This document shows, one piece after another, positions 9,674 to 18,900 of a stretch of DNA of 64,000 bases. Both the position numbers and the translations under genes were made by a program. Positions within the stretch are counted from its first letter, which is position 1, and each line of letters opens with the position of its first letter. Location: the IMG/VR virus record IMGVR_UViG_3300004213_000422, positions 7,043-71,042 of that record. One strand, written 5' to 3'. Source of the stretch: a virus (Duplodnaviria > Caudoviricetes). Below the pieces are notes generated by a model. That model was not told where the DNA came from, made no database searches, and saw nothing but the letters and a program-made list of their open reading frames with translations.

Positions 9674-10146
9674 TGGCGTCCGTTCAGTTCTCGTCCCCGG
9701 TCGCGATAGAGGCCTTCACCCCGGCGTCGCTGAGCGCGATTGCCTCGGGCGCGGCGGCGGCGAACTGCGTGCTCGGCAGCGAGATCGACAACTTCAGCGC
9801 CGGCAACCGCTTCCTCTACGGAGACCTGCTGGTCAACTTCTCCGCCGCCATCGTGGCCACCGGCTTCGGGCCCTTTCTGGACTGCTTCCTGCTGGCCTCG
9901 CCGGATGGCGTCACCTACCCGACCTCGACGGGTGCTGCGGTCGCTGAGATCGTCTCACCCATCTACTCGGTGGGCCCGGTTCCGGCGGCGGCCAATGGCC
10001 TGACCAAGAAAGCCTTCCTCTTCCGGGGGATCGTGCTGCCACCGACGAAGTTCCGGCTCATGATGAACAACCAGCTTGGCGCAGCCTTCCCGACGTCCAC
10101 CACATCCACGGCCACCCTCTACCGCTACGGCGAAGAGGCTTCCTGA
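9673..10146 (+). CDS. Hypothetical protein, probably virion-associated
   Basis: TGATG overlaps on both sides. Confidence 0.65.
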   Translation: MASVQFSSPVAIEAFTPASLSAIASGAAAANCVLGSEIDNFSAGNRFLYGDLLVNFSAAIVATGFGPFLDCFLLASPDGVTYPTSTGAAVAEIVSPIYSVGPVPAAANGLTKKAFLFRGIVLPPTKFRLMMNNQLGAAFPTSTTSTATLYRYGEEAS

Positions 10147-10898
10147 TGGCGTTCATCCACCGCGCGCGCAATCCGGGCCTCTGGCTGCCGAAGCGTCAGC
10201 CGGTGGGTGTCCACGAAATGACGCCGGCCCTTCCCGCAATCAGCTTCCAGGCGCGCAGCCAGCGGAACCATGGCGTCGCATCGACCGGACTTATCGTCCG
10301 TGGCGATAGCGCGATGCCGCCGCGTGTCATCGGCCAAGCTGGCGTGTGCTGGGACTTTTCGGATGGCGTAAACAGCAATGCGCCGACGACGCCACGCACG
10401 TTCTACTCACAAACCAACACGACGAACCTCAGATCGACCATCGAAGCGGTCATATCCATTCGACCGAACGGGTTTTCGCAGTGGTTCGGCGGCTTCTCCA
10501 ACCAGTCCTTTGGGCGTGGCGGCTCCTATGGCCGCATCCTGGGGGTCCATGCGGACGGAAGGCTGTTCTATTACACCTATGACGGAGGTCTGAAGACCAC
10601 CTTCAGTCGTGCCGCTGTGCCGACTGGCGAGCCTCTGCATATCATCGCCGTGTCATCGACCAACAGGATCGAGATATACGTCAACGGTGTCTCGCAAGGT
10701 GCTCTTGGAACGGCGAATGCGGGGGAGTGGACGAACCCGAACTACGCCGTGGTTGGGCATGGCAACACGCCTTACCACACGCCAGGGCAGTGCTGTTCCC
10801 AGATATACTACATGAACTGGTTCTTCGACGCCCTAAACCTCAGTGAGATCGCCCTGCGCGGCGCCTCTCCCTGGCGCTTCCTCCAGCCGGCGGGGTAG
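10146..10898 (+). CDS. LamG/concanavalin-like beta-sandwich virion protein
   Basis: PLHIIAV...IEIYVNG pattern typical of LamG folds. Confidence 0.55.
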   Translation: MAFIHRARNPGLWLPKRQPVGVHEMTPALPAISFQARSQRNHGVASTGLIVRGDSAMPPRVIGQAGVCWDFSDGVNSNAPTTPRTFYSQTNTTNLRSTIEAVISIRPNGFSQWFGGFSNQSFGRGGSYGRILGVHADGRLFYYTYDGGLKTTFSRAAVPTGEPLHIIAVSSTNRIEIYVNGVSQGALGTANAGEWTNPNYAVVGHGNTPYHTPGQCCSQIYYMNWFFDALNLSEIALRGASPWRFLQPAG

Positions 10899-10903
10899 GC
10901 AGC

Positions 10904-12031
10904 ATGGCTCGGATCAGGAACTACGGCGTCCTCTTCGCGGTCCCGCCAAGCGCAGCGGTGACGCTCTCTCCGGCAGGGATCGTCGGGGCGCCGGCTGTCC
11001 TTGATACCCCCGTTCTCGGGCAAGGCCACGCGCTGGCCGCCGTCCCGCTCGCCGGCAGCCCAGGCCTGCTGGATAGCCCGGCCCTCTCCGTCGTTGGCGC
11101 CCTCGCTCCCGTGCCCATCCAGGGCGCCCCTGGCGTGCTGGCTTCCCCCACCATCGCCCAGCGGCACGTCCTGGCGGCTGCGCCGATTGCCGGCGCTCCT
11201 GCGGTCCTCGGGACGCCAGCGGCGGTCGTGGCGCGGAACCTCTCAGCCTCGCCGCTGACCGGCTCTCCGGCGGTCCTGGGCGCCCCTGCCATCGCCCAGG
11301 CCCATGTCCTGGCCGCCAGCCCCATCCAGGGCTCCCCAGGCCTTCTGGCGTCGCCCCAGGTCGGTCAGGCGGGGGTGATGTCGGCCACGCCGCTGCTGGG
11401 CTCTCCCGCCGTGCTGGATCGCCCGGTGCTGGGCCAGCGCCACGCCCTGGCGCCGCTCCCGCTCAGCGGGGAGCCTGGGGCAGCCGCGCGCCCGCCACTC
11501 GGGCAGGGGCACAGCCTGATCGCGGTGTCGGTCAGTGGGGCTCCCGCGATCCTCGCCACGCCGACGATGGTGCGGGTGGTCGTGCTTGGCGCGAACCCGA
11601 TCATGGGGTCGCCGCCCATCCTGGGCAGTCCGCTTCTGTCCGAAGACGATGTGCTGGCCCCAGTGGAAATCGTCGGTGCCGGCGCAGTCCTGGCGCGGCC
11701 GGCGCTCGCACAGAACCACGCCCTGGACGCGCTGCCTATCGAGGGCGACGAAGCCGTTCTCGATGTGCCCTCGATCAGCAGCCAGGATCGTCTTGAAGCA
11801 GTCGGAATCGTCGGTGAGCCAGCGGTGCTGGACATGCCGGTGTTGCACGGCGCAGGAGTGCTTCTCCCGCAGCCCATCTTGGGCGCCGCTCCGATCCTCC
11901 CGCGCATACCGTTGTCGCAGACCCGGCGATACGCGACGCCGCGCCCGAACGGAAGCGCGGCGACACCGCGCACGGAACGCTTGTCCGCAACCCCACGGCC
12001 GCCGTATGCGGCTGCCACACCGCGAGGATAG
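10904..12031 (+). CDS. Virion protein built from about 14 degenerate 23-aa repeats with four C-terminal ATPR motifs
   Basis: Units such as RHVLAAAPIAGAPAVLGTPAAVV recur with 23-aa period. Confidence 0.7.
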   Translation: MARIRNYGVLFAVPPSAAVTLSPAGIVGAPAVLDTPVLGQGHALAAVPLAGSPGLLDSPALSVVGALAPVPIQGAPGVLASPTIAQRHVLAAAPIAGAPAVLGTPAAVVARNLSASPLTGSPAVLGAPAIAQAHVLAASPIQGSPGLLASPQVGQAGVMSATPLLGSPAVLDRPVLGQRHALAPLPLSGEPGAAARPPLGQGHSLIAVSVSGAPAILATPTMVRVVVLGANPIMGSPPILGSPLLSEDDVLAPVEIVGAGAVLARPALAQNHALDALPIEGDEAVLDVPSISSQDRLEAVGIVGEPAVLDMPVLHGAGVLLPQPILGAAPILPRIPLSQTRRYATPRPNGSAATPRTERLSATPRPPYAAATPRG

Positions 12032-12034
12032 CAG

Positions 12035-12418
12035 ATGCCCGCATACCTGAATGACCGGGTCATCGACCTTGGTCTCAACGTGCTCGACACCGAAGCCAAT
12101 GAGCTTTGGATCGTCTCTGGCGCCGTTCCCACGACCTATGCCGGCGCCAACACGGCGAAGCTGGGCACGAAGGCTCTGGGGGCCGGCAGCATCAGCGCAC
12201 CGGGCCCCGGCACTCCCAGCGGACGCGCCGTCACCGTCGCGGCTTTCACCGATGGGTCGGTCACCGCCAGTGGCACGGCCGCCTGCTACGCCATCGTGGA
12301 CACGGTCAACAGCCGGCTCCTGGCAGCGAACCCGCTGTCCGCCACTCAGGGCGTGACGGCGGGCAACACCTTCACCCTGCCTGCCTTCGCGGTCACCCAG
12401 CCCGCGCCGACGACGTAA
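12035..12418 (+). CDS. Hypothetical protein, probably virion-associated
   Basis: Ala/Thr/Gly-rich 127 aa in the structural operon. Confidence 0.65.
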   Translation: MPAYLNDRVIDLGLNVLDTEANELWIVSGAVPTTYAGANTAKLGTKALGAGSISAPGPGTPSGRAVTVAAFTDGSVTASGTAACYAIVDTVNSRLLAANPLSATQGVTAGNTFTLPAFAVTQPAPTT

Positions 12419-12427
12419 GGCCACGCG

Positions 12428-12757
12428 ATGACGGAGTTCGCGGACAGCAGGCGCCGGACTATCGGGAGGTTCGGTCGGCCCATGAGGCTGCGCCGGACCG
12501 TGCCGAACGCGCCCGCGCAATTCGTCAACCTGACGGGCTTCGCGACCCTCTACCAGCCCGGCGAGATCGAAGGGCCGATCCAGCAGGGCGATGAGCGCGT
12601 GCTGATCACCAACGACGAGATCAAGACCGCCGGCTGGACGGAAGTGCGGAGGTCGGACTGGCTGCTGAAGGACGGAAAGCAGCAGACGATCCAGGGCAGC
12701 GTGCCGGTGATGGAAGGTGACGTCTGCATCGGTCACACCTTGTGGGTCAGGGGATAA
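12428..12757 (+). CDS. Head-closure / head-tail joining protein
   Basis: Size, position and IQQGDERVLI...SDWLLKDG pattern. Confidence 0.6.
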   Translation: MTEFADSRRRTIGRFGRPMRLRRTVPNAPAQFVNLTGFATLYQPGEIEGPIQQGDERVLITNDEIKTAGWTEVRRSDWLLKDGKQQTIQGSVPVMEGDVCIGHTLWVRG

Positions 12758-12758
12758 T

Positions 12759-13205
12759 ATGAGCAGCCCGGAGGTATACGACGACGCGCGCGCCATCATC
12801 GAAGCGGCAGCGCTTTCGCTGAACCTTCCGGTGGCGTGGCCGAACGAAGAGTTCCTTGAGCCGCAGCCTTTCGATAACGAAGGAGTCCCTTCCGTTTGGG
12901 TAGCGGTCGAATTAGAAGGTGACGTGGGCGATCCGGTCGAAATCGGAGGCGTCCAATGGGACGAGCAAGGCGTCGTCCATTTGTCGGTGATGATCCCCTT
13001 GAACACTGGCGTCAGGGAAGGGATGGCGAAGCGTAAGGCGCTTGCTCTCGCCTTCCGTGGATTGCCGCCCGGTGTTGTGCTCTACGGCAGCAGCAGTCTC
13101 GATCCGGGCGGGCCGAGTGAGACTGACGGACGCTGGCGCATGCTCGGTCTGCGCGTGGCGTATTCCTTCCAAGACCGGGTTGAACTGAAGGAGACGCGAC
13201 CGTGA
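12759..13205 (+). CDS. Tail terminator-like protein
   Basis: VAWPNEEF...WVAVE...EQGVVHLSVMIPLNTG; directly upstream of tail tube. Confidence 0.6.
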   Translation: MSSPEVYDDARAIIEAAALSLNLPVAWPNEEFLEPQPFDNEGVPSVWVAVELEGDVGDPVEIGGVQWDEQGVVHLSVMIPLNTGVREGMAKRKALALAFRGLPPGVVLYGSSSLDPGGPSETDGRWRMLGLRVAYSFQDRVELKETRP

Positions 13206-13399
13206 GCGAGAAGCAGATCACCTACGACATCATGGAGAACGGCAAGAAGGTCGGCACGCAGACGCATCCGGAGCAGTACGCCCCGGTGTTGCAGAGCGGG
13301 CAGACCGTGCGGGTGGCGCAGGAGGAGAAGGTGCGCGAGGCCGCGCCCTCCGAGTCCAACATGAAGTCCGCGACCGCGACGCCGACCAAGGCGAAGTAG
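13202..13399 (+). CDS. Small hypothetical protein
   Basis: GTGA overlap, consistent codon usage. Confidence 0.5.
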   Translation: MSEKQITYDIMENGKKVGTQTHPEQYAPVLQSGQTVRVAQEEKVREAAPSESNMKSATATPTKAK

Positions 13400-13451
13400 A
13401 CCGCAGTCCATCATCAATGCAGCGCATCGTGCGCACATAAGGAGATAGCCG

Positions 13452-14402
13452 ATGACGGCCACCAGCGGATACCGCGCAGGGGCAGAAACGTCCCTGATGC
13501 AGGTCGCGTATGTGCAGGAGAGCGTCTACGGCGTCACGCCGTCGCCTGCCGTCGCATTCAAGCAGCTTCGCCTCACGAGCGAGAGCCTGACGGGCCGCGA
13601 GACGCGCCAGCGCCCGAACGAATTGAACGGCCGCCGCGAAGCGTCCTCCTCGGGCACCATGGAGCGGTCGGCCGGCGGCGACATCGGCTTCGTGCTCAGC
13701 TACGGCACCTTCGATGACTGGCTGAGCGGTCTCTTCGGCGGCGAGTGGACGGCGGACGTCCTGAAGCCGTCCGACGTCTTCAAGTCCTTCCTGATCGAGA
13801 AGCGCTTCGCCGCGAACCAGCTTCTCAGCTACCCCGGCTGCTTCATCGGCGGCGCCTCCCTGACGATGGCGCGCGGCCAGTTCCTCAGCGGCACCTTCAA
13901 CATCATGGCGAAGGACGAAGTGAAGGGGGTCGCGACGCTCTCCACGGGCGCTTACACCCCTGCACCGCTCGGCCGCGTCATGGACCCGGTCACGGGCGTG
14001 AAGGACGTGATGATGGACGGTCAGGCCATCGCCGCCGTCTGCAACACCATCACCCTCAACATCACGAACGAAGGCGCCAGCCAGGACTTCGGGCTCGGCT
14101 TCGAGTCCGCGCAGGGTATGCGCATGGGCCTCTTCACGGGCGGTGGAAGTGCCGAGTTCTACTTCCGCGACTTCACCGTCTACGACCGCGCGCGTTCGCG
14201 CATGCAGGGCCCGCTGTCCTTCCGGACCGTGGACTCGGACGGCAACGCGTACAAGTGGGAGATTCCCAACGCGGTGCTGACCGATCCGCAGATCACGGCC
14301 GGCGGCCCCAGCCAGCCCATCATGGCGCGCTTCAATCTGGAGCCGAACCCGCACCCCACGGACGGCACCATGCGCGTCACGCGCCAGCCGGCCGCCGGCT
14401 GA
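13452..14402 (+). CDS. Major tail tube protein
   Basis: AYVQESVYGVTP, SAGGDIGFVLSYGTFD, YPGC; position before chaperone and tape measure. Confidence 0.85.
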   Translation: MTATSGYRAGAETSLMQVAYVQESVYGVTPSPAVAFKQLRLTSESLTGRETRQRPNELNGRREASSSGTMERSAGGDIGFVLSYGTFDDWLSGLFGGEWTADVLKPSDVFKSFLIEKRFAANQLLSYPGCFIGGASLTMARGQFLSGTFNIMAKDEVKGVATLSTGAYTPAPLGRVMDPVTGVKDVMMDGQAIAAVCNTITLNITNEGASQDFGLGFESAQGMRMGLFTGGGSAEFYFRDFTVYDRARSRMQGPLSFRTVDSDGNAYKWEIPNAVLTDPQITAGGPSQPIMARFNLEPNPHPTDGTMRVTRQPAAG

Positions 14403-14527
14403 CCCCAGATTGCGCGCAGCCCGGCGCCGGGCCGCGCGCATAGGGGGAGGCATTGCGTGCGGGCGTGGTGCCTCCCCCGCCTACCGCTCCGCAGCGGTCC
14501 CGCATCCCGTAGAAACGAGAGGGCCAC

Positions 14528-15013
14528 ATGGCCGATCTGGAAAACTTCGCCGCAGACATCAGCGCGATCCGCGAGGGCGCCTGGGAGAGCCCCGGCCCCG
14601 AGTGGGGCGACATGGAACTGAAGGTGCGCGGCTTCGGCCCGCACTACACGGAGCCGCAGGCCAAGGCGCAGAAGGAAGCGGTGCGCGCCGCGCGCTTCTC
14701 CGGCGCCATCAAGAACAATCAGGACTGGGAAGACCTGCCGGTCTCCGAGAGGAACGACGTCAATGACAAGATGATGCTGAAGCACATCTTCATCGACGTG
14801 AAGAACCTCAAGCTGAACGGCCAGGAGGTCACCAAGGAAGAGTTCCGCGAGCTTGCGCGCGTTCCGAAGTACCGCGACCGCCTGATCGGCGCGCTGTACG
14901 AGTGCGCCGTTGCCGTCACCACGCGTCGTGAGGCGACCAAGGAGCATGCGGTGGGAAACTCACCACAGTCCTCCGATACCACCTTGAATGGGCACAGCAC
15001 GCAGACTTCCTGA
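14528..15013 (+). CDS. Tail assembly chaperone (gpG-like)
   Basis: Between tube and tape measure; ELKVRG motif; slippery site near the 3' end. Confidence 0.8.
   Translation: MADLENFAADISAIREGAWESPGPEWGDMELKVRGFGPHYTEPQAKAQKEAVRAARFSGAIKNNQDWEDLPVSERNDVNDKMMLKHIFIDVKNLKLNGQEVTKEEFRELARVPKYRDRLIGALYECAVAVTTRREATKEHAVGNSPQSSDTTLNGHSTQTS
14953..14959 (+). promoter_or_regulatory. -1 ribosomal frameshift slippery heptamer G GGA AAC
   Basis: X XXY YYZ correctly phased in the chaperone ORF; the -1 frame is open to 15297. Confidence 0.85.
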
Positions 15014-15297
15014 ACACGATCCCGGAAGAGGATCGTCCGGAGAAGCCTGCCGTTCTGGTGGAATATGGCTGGTTGTGGAGGGCCTGGGTCAGGCTCTCCC
15101 GCGACCGGCCGCGCCACGGCGGCGGCTTCTCGGCGCCCGTTCCGGGATATATACCCTGGACAACCATCATCGCTTGGGCCGAAAAGCACAGGCTGGACGA
15201 CGACGAAACAACCTTCCTTGATGAGGTACTGAACAGCCTATCTGACTTCGACCTGAAATGGACGATTGATAGGCAGAAGGAGAAGCCAGAGAAGTGA
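14953..15297 (+). CDS. Frameshifted extension of tail chaperone (gpGT-like)
   Basis: -1 frame reads GKLTTVLRYHLEWAQH...EYGWLWRAW, in frame with track ORF 15058-15297. Confidence 0.8.
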   Translation, partial: GKLTTVLRYHLEWAQHADFLNTIPEEDRPEKPAVLVEYGWLWRAWVRLSRDRPRHGGGFSAPVPGYIPWTTIIAWAEKHRLDDDETTFLDEVLNSLSDFDLKWTIDRQKEKPEK

Positions 15298-15983
15298 GCG
15301 GTTCGCGCGCATTCAGGCAGCAAGTCAACCTGATCGTCAACCGCCGCCTCTCTCCGGAGGCCATTTCCGCGCGACTTGCGGAGTTCGCCAAGCAGGAATT
15401 GGCACGCCACATCCAGGGTGGCGCGTCACCGGAGTACCAGCGCTTTGTGGACGGCAAGCGCGGCGCTCCAGAAGAGCGCGTGAAGCCAAACGGAATCATC
15501 GTCTATCGCTTCAACCTGATGGCCATCGCCGCGCGCATGGCGCTGGAGGAGCTACGCAAGCGCTCCCCAAGGGGCCTCACGACGGACCGTCGCCGCATGT
15601 TCCGCCCTGCCTACATCGACAGCTTCTTTCTCGGTCTCAACGGCACGTTCGTGCTTGCCCGCAACTTCAACCCGCGCACGGCAGGCGACCTGAGCAACGT
15701 GGTGATCGGCAACACGGCGCCATACTCGCGCAAGGCAAACGTGCAGTTCGTCGGCAACAAGCGCCTCAACTACAGCATCGAGCCGCAGTTCTTCCGTGCC
15801 GCTGCCAGGGTCGTGCAGGCGAGGTTTCCGAACCTTGAAGTGAAGGACGTCTACACCGTCACGTTCCCAGGGCAGTACAGGCTGAAGCAGCGTCAGTACC
15901 GGAAGGGCAAGCAGTCCCACCGTATCAAGCGTCACACGGGTGAATTGGTGGAGAGTCCGTCCATCATCATCAAGCCCAGGTAG
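15294..15983 (+). CDS. Putative neck/tail-completion protein
   Basis: Basic 229-aa ORF with NTAPYSRK motif between chaperone and tape measure. Confidence 0.5.
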   Translation: MSGSRAFRQQVNLIVNRRLSPEAISARLAEFAKQELARHIQGGASPEYQRFVDGKRGAPEERVKPNGIIVYRFNLMAIAARMALEELRKRSPRGLTTDRRRMFRPAYIDSFFLGLNGTFVLARNFNPRTAGDLSNVVIGNTAPYSRKANVQFVGNKRLNYSIEPQFFRAAARVVQARFPNLEVKDVYTVTFPGQYRLKQRQYRKGKQSHRIKRHTGELVESPSIIIKPR

Positions 15984-15991
15984 GTCATCGC

Positions 15992-18900
15992 ATGGAACTC
16001 GAAAACACCGAAAGCCTCGCGATCACCGCTAAGCTGGACGATCAGGTCACTGGGCCTGGGGTTGCTGTCGCTACCGCCCTGAACAAGGTGGCGGACGGCG
16101 CTGAGCGCATGACCGAGACGCTGACCCGGAAGGCGACGCCGGGCATTGTCGCCACGAGGAACGCGGTGGAGCCGCTGTCTGGCTTGCTGGACAAGCAGGC
16201 ACAGATCATCGAGCGCTACAATGCCAGGGTCGCCACCCTGCAAAGGGCGGGAGGGGATGCTGACAAGCTGGCGGAAGACATCCGCCGCCTCGGCATTCTG
16301 CGCGACCAAGACCTTGAGAAGGCTCGGGCTGCGGCGACGGCGCGCGAGCAAATGTTCAATGGAGGCAAAGTCGATGCCTACGCCCAGGCGCTGAGCCGTG
16401 CGGCGGTGGTGGGCAAGAACCTTCAGGACGTGATGCAGAACGGCCTGAGCGCGAACGCGTTCAATGCCGCCAGCGCGGGGATCACCCGCACAGCGCAGGA
16501 GCTTTCCGACCTGCGGGCGGAAGTGGACTCCGTCTACAGGGTCTCTCGTGACTACGAGAAGGCGTTGAACAGCCTTGGCGAGGCTGCTGACGTGCTGGGT
16601 ATCAGGGGCAAGGCCCTTGAGAACATCATGCAGGAGCTTAACAACGCCTACACGCGCCAGCTTCAGCCGATGCGCGAGGTCAACGCTGAAGCGGCGCGGA
16701 TGGCAGCGGAGCGCGACAAGCAGGCCAAGGCGTCGCGAGACCTCCAGAACGCCTACAATCAAGAGCGGGCGGCGCTTGATCCCCTGTTCGCCCTGGAGCT
16801 TCGCCACCAGCAGCAGCTTTCCCGCATCGGTGACCTCCAGAACAGGGGCCTCAACCCGGCCAGGGCGCAGAACCTGACCACGATGGCGACCGCCTCCTAT
16901 GAGGCGGAGGCTGCAAGGATCAAGGAAGCGGCCGGTCAGGTCGATGCCAACGGCAAGAGGATTGGCCTTTCGCTGGGGCAGCAGCGCCAGCAGATGATCA
17001 ACTTCGGCCAGCAGGTTCAGGACGCCTTTGTCCAGATCAGCAGCGGTTCTGGCCTGTTCTACCCGCTGGTCCAGCAGGTTCCCCAGGCGGTGTCCGCTCT
17101 CGGCGGGATGAGCGATGCGTGGGCGAAGCTGAAGGGGTTCGTGCTCAGCGGCACCGGGGCCTTCACCATCGCGACTGCCGCCTTCGCTGGCTTCGCCTAC
17201 ATGGCCAATTCGCGCATCGGAGACCTCAACGGACTCTCCGTCCGCCTGCGGGGCGTGGGCGACGACGCCATGCAGATGGCCAAGAACGTGGAGGAGGCCG
17301 GCAAGAGGGCCGCCAGGAACACGCCGGGGGTCAGTGCGGCTGAGGGCGTGGGGATGGTGGAGGGCTTCGTCACGGCCGCTCGCACCAACCGCCTGCGCGG
17401 GGACGTCGATACCGTCGCGCTGGTGCGTGACACCGCTGACATCGCGGCCCGTGTCGGGCAGAGCGTGACGGACGTCTTCGGCCAGATCAAGGGCGGCATG
17501 GCCGACCCCCTCGCCATGCTGGACCAGTTCGTCAAGCAGGGCCTCCTGCCGCTGGACGCGTCCTTCCGGTCCTCGGTGGAGGCGGTACGCGCCTCCGGCA
17601 ATACCTGGGCTGCCTTCGTGTCGGTCATGGATCGCGCGCGGCTGTCCGCAGCCGGCGCCGCTGAGCAGGGACTGTCCCCGCTTGGCAAGGCCATGCTGGA
17701 GTTCAAGCGCGAGTTCGGTTCCTTCTGGGACGACTTCGGGCGCGATCTGGAGAGCTTCGCCACTCGCCTGATCCGGATGGTGTCGGAGACCAGGGCTGCG
17801 GCCCGGCTCTCCGCCATGGCCGATCCGGACTACCGCGAGAACGAAAACCTGATCATGCGCATCGCGCGCCGCCGCACGCGCGAGGCGAGTGGCGGACCTG
17901 ATCTGCCAAACACAGGCATCCGCAACGCAGCCCTGCTGGACGCCATTCAGGTGACGGAGGGCGGGCGGAACTCGGACACGGCCTTCAACACCTTCCTGGG
18001 GCAGAACTCGGTCGGCGGGCGGACGTGGACCAACCCCAACCCCGTCGTGAATGGTCTTGAAGAGAAGACCATGCGCGAGGTCATCGAAATGGGCCGCGCT
18101 CTCCGCGCCCAGCAGGCGGCCATCGGCATTCCGGAGAACAAGACTTCCAGCGCGGCCGGCGCGTTCCAGATCACCGGCTCCACCATGGAGGAGTTTGCCC
18201 GCCGCCTGGGCATGAGCCTGGACGAGAAGTTCTCGCGCGAGAACCAGCGCCGGCTGGCGCAGGGCATCGTGGATGACGCGGTCCAGCGCTCGGGCGGAGA
18301 CATGAATGCTGCGGCCGGCTTCATCCGGCAGCGCTGGACCGGGCTGGAAGGCCTGTCCAATGAGCAGATCATCAACAAGCTGACCATCATCGCGCAGAGC
18401 ACGAGCGTGGAGGCGCAGGGGCGCGTCAGCGTGGAGGGTGCCGGCGCTCAGCAGCCCACCACGGCCGCTGGAGCGGAGCCGGGAACGCAGCTTGCCAACG
18501 GCATCTTCCGGCCCATCACGGACAACCCCAACCCCGGCTGGGACGACTGGGAGCGCGCGCAGCGCATCCTTCAGGGCCTTCAGGGCTACACGCCCCAGAT
18601 GAGCACCGCCGCCGGCCGACGCACGGAGCTTCCGCAGTACATCGGCGCCCTAGAGAGCGCGCTTCGCCCGGAGAACATCCCGTTCGGCGCGACTGAGGAG
18701 CAGATCGACAAGGTCAAGGCTCGCCTGGACGAGCTTCGCAAGGCCTATGTGGATAGCCGCGACCCCATTGCGGAAATGATCCGCCTGGAGCGCGAGCGAA
18801 CGGAAGTCCTGACGTCGCAGACCCCTGCCCAGGCCGCCATCACGCAGAAGATGCGCGAGTACGATCAGCAGTTCGTGGATGACCCTGCCAAGCAACAGTA

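Noticed and set aside
11243-13006. 587-aa minus-strand ORF
   Set aside because: Antisense shadow of high-GC structural genes, no motifs
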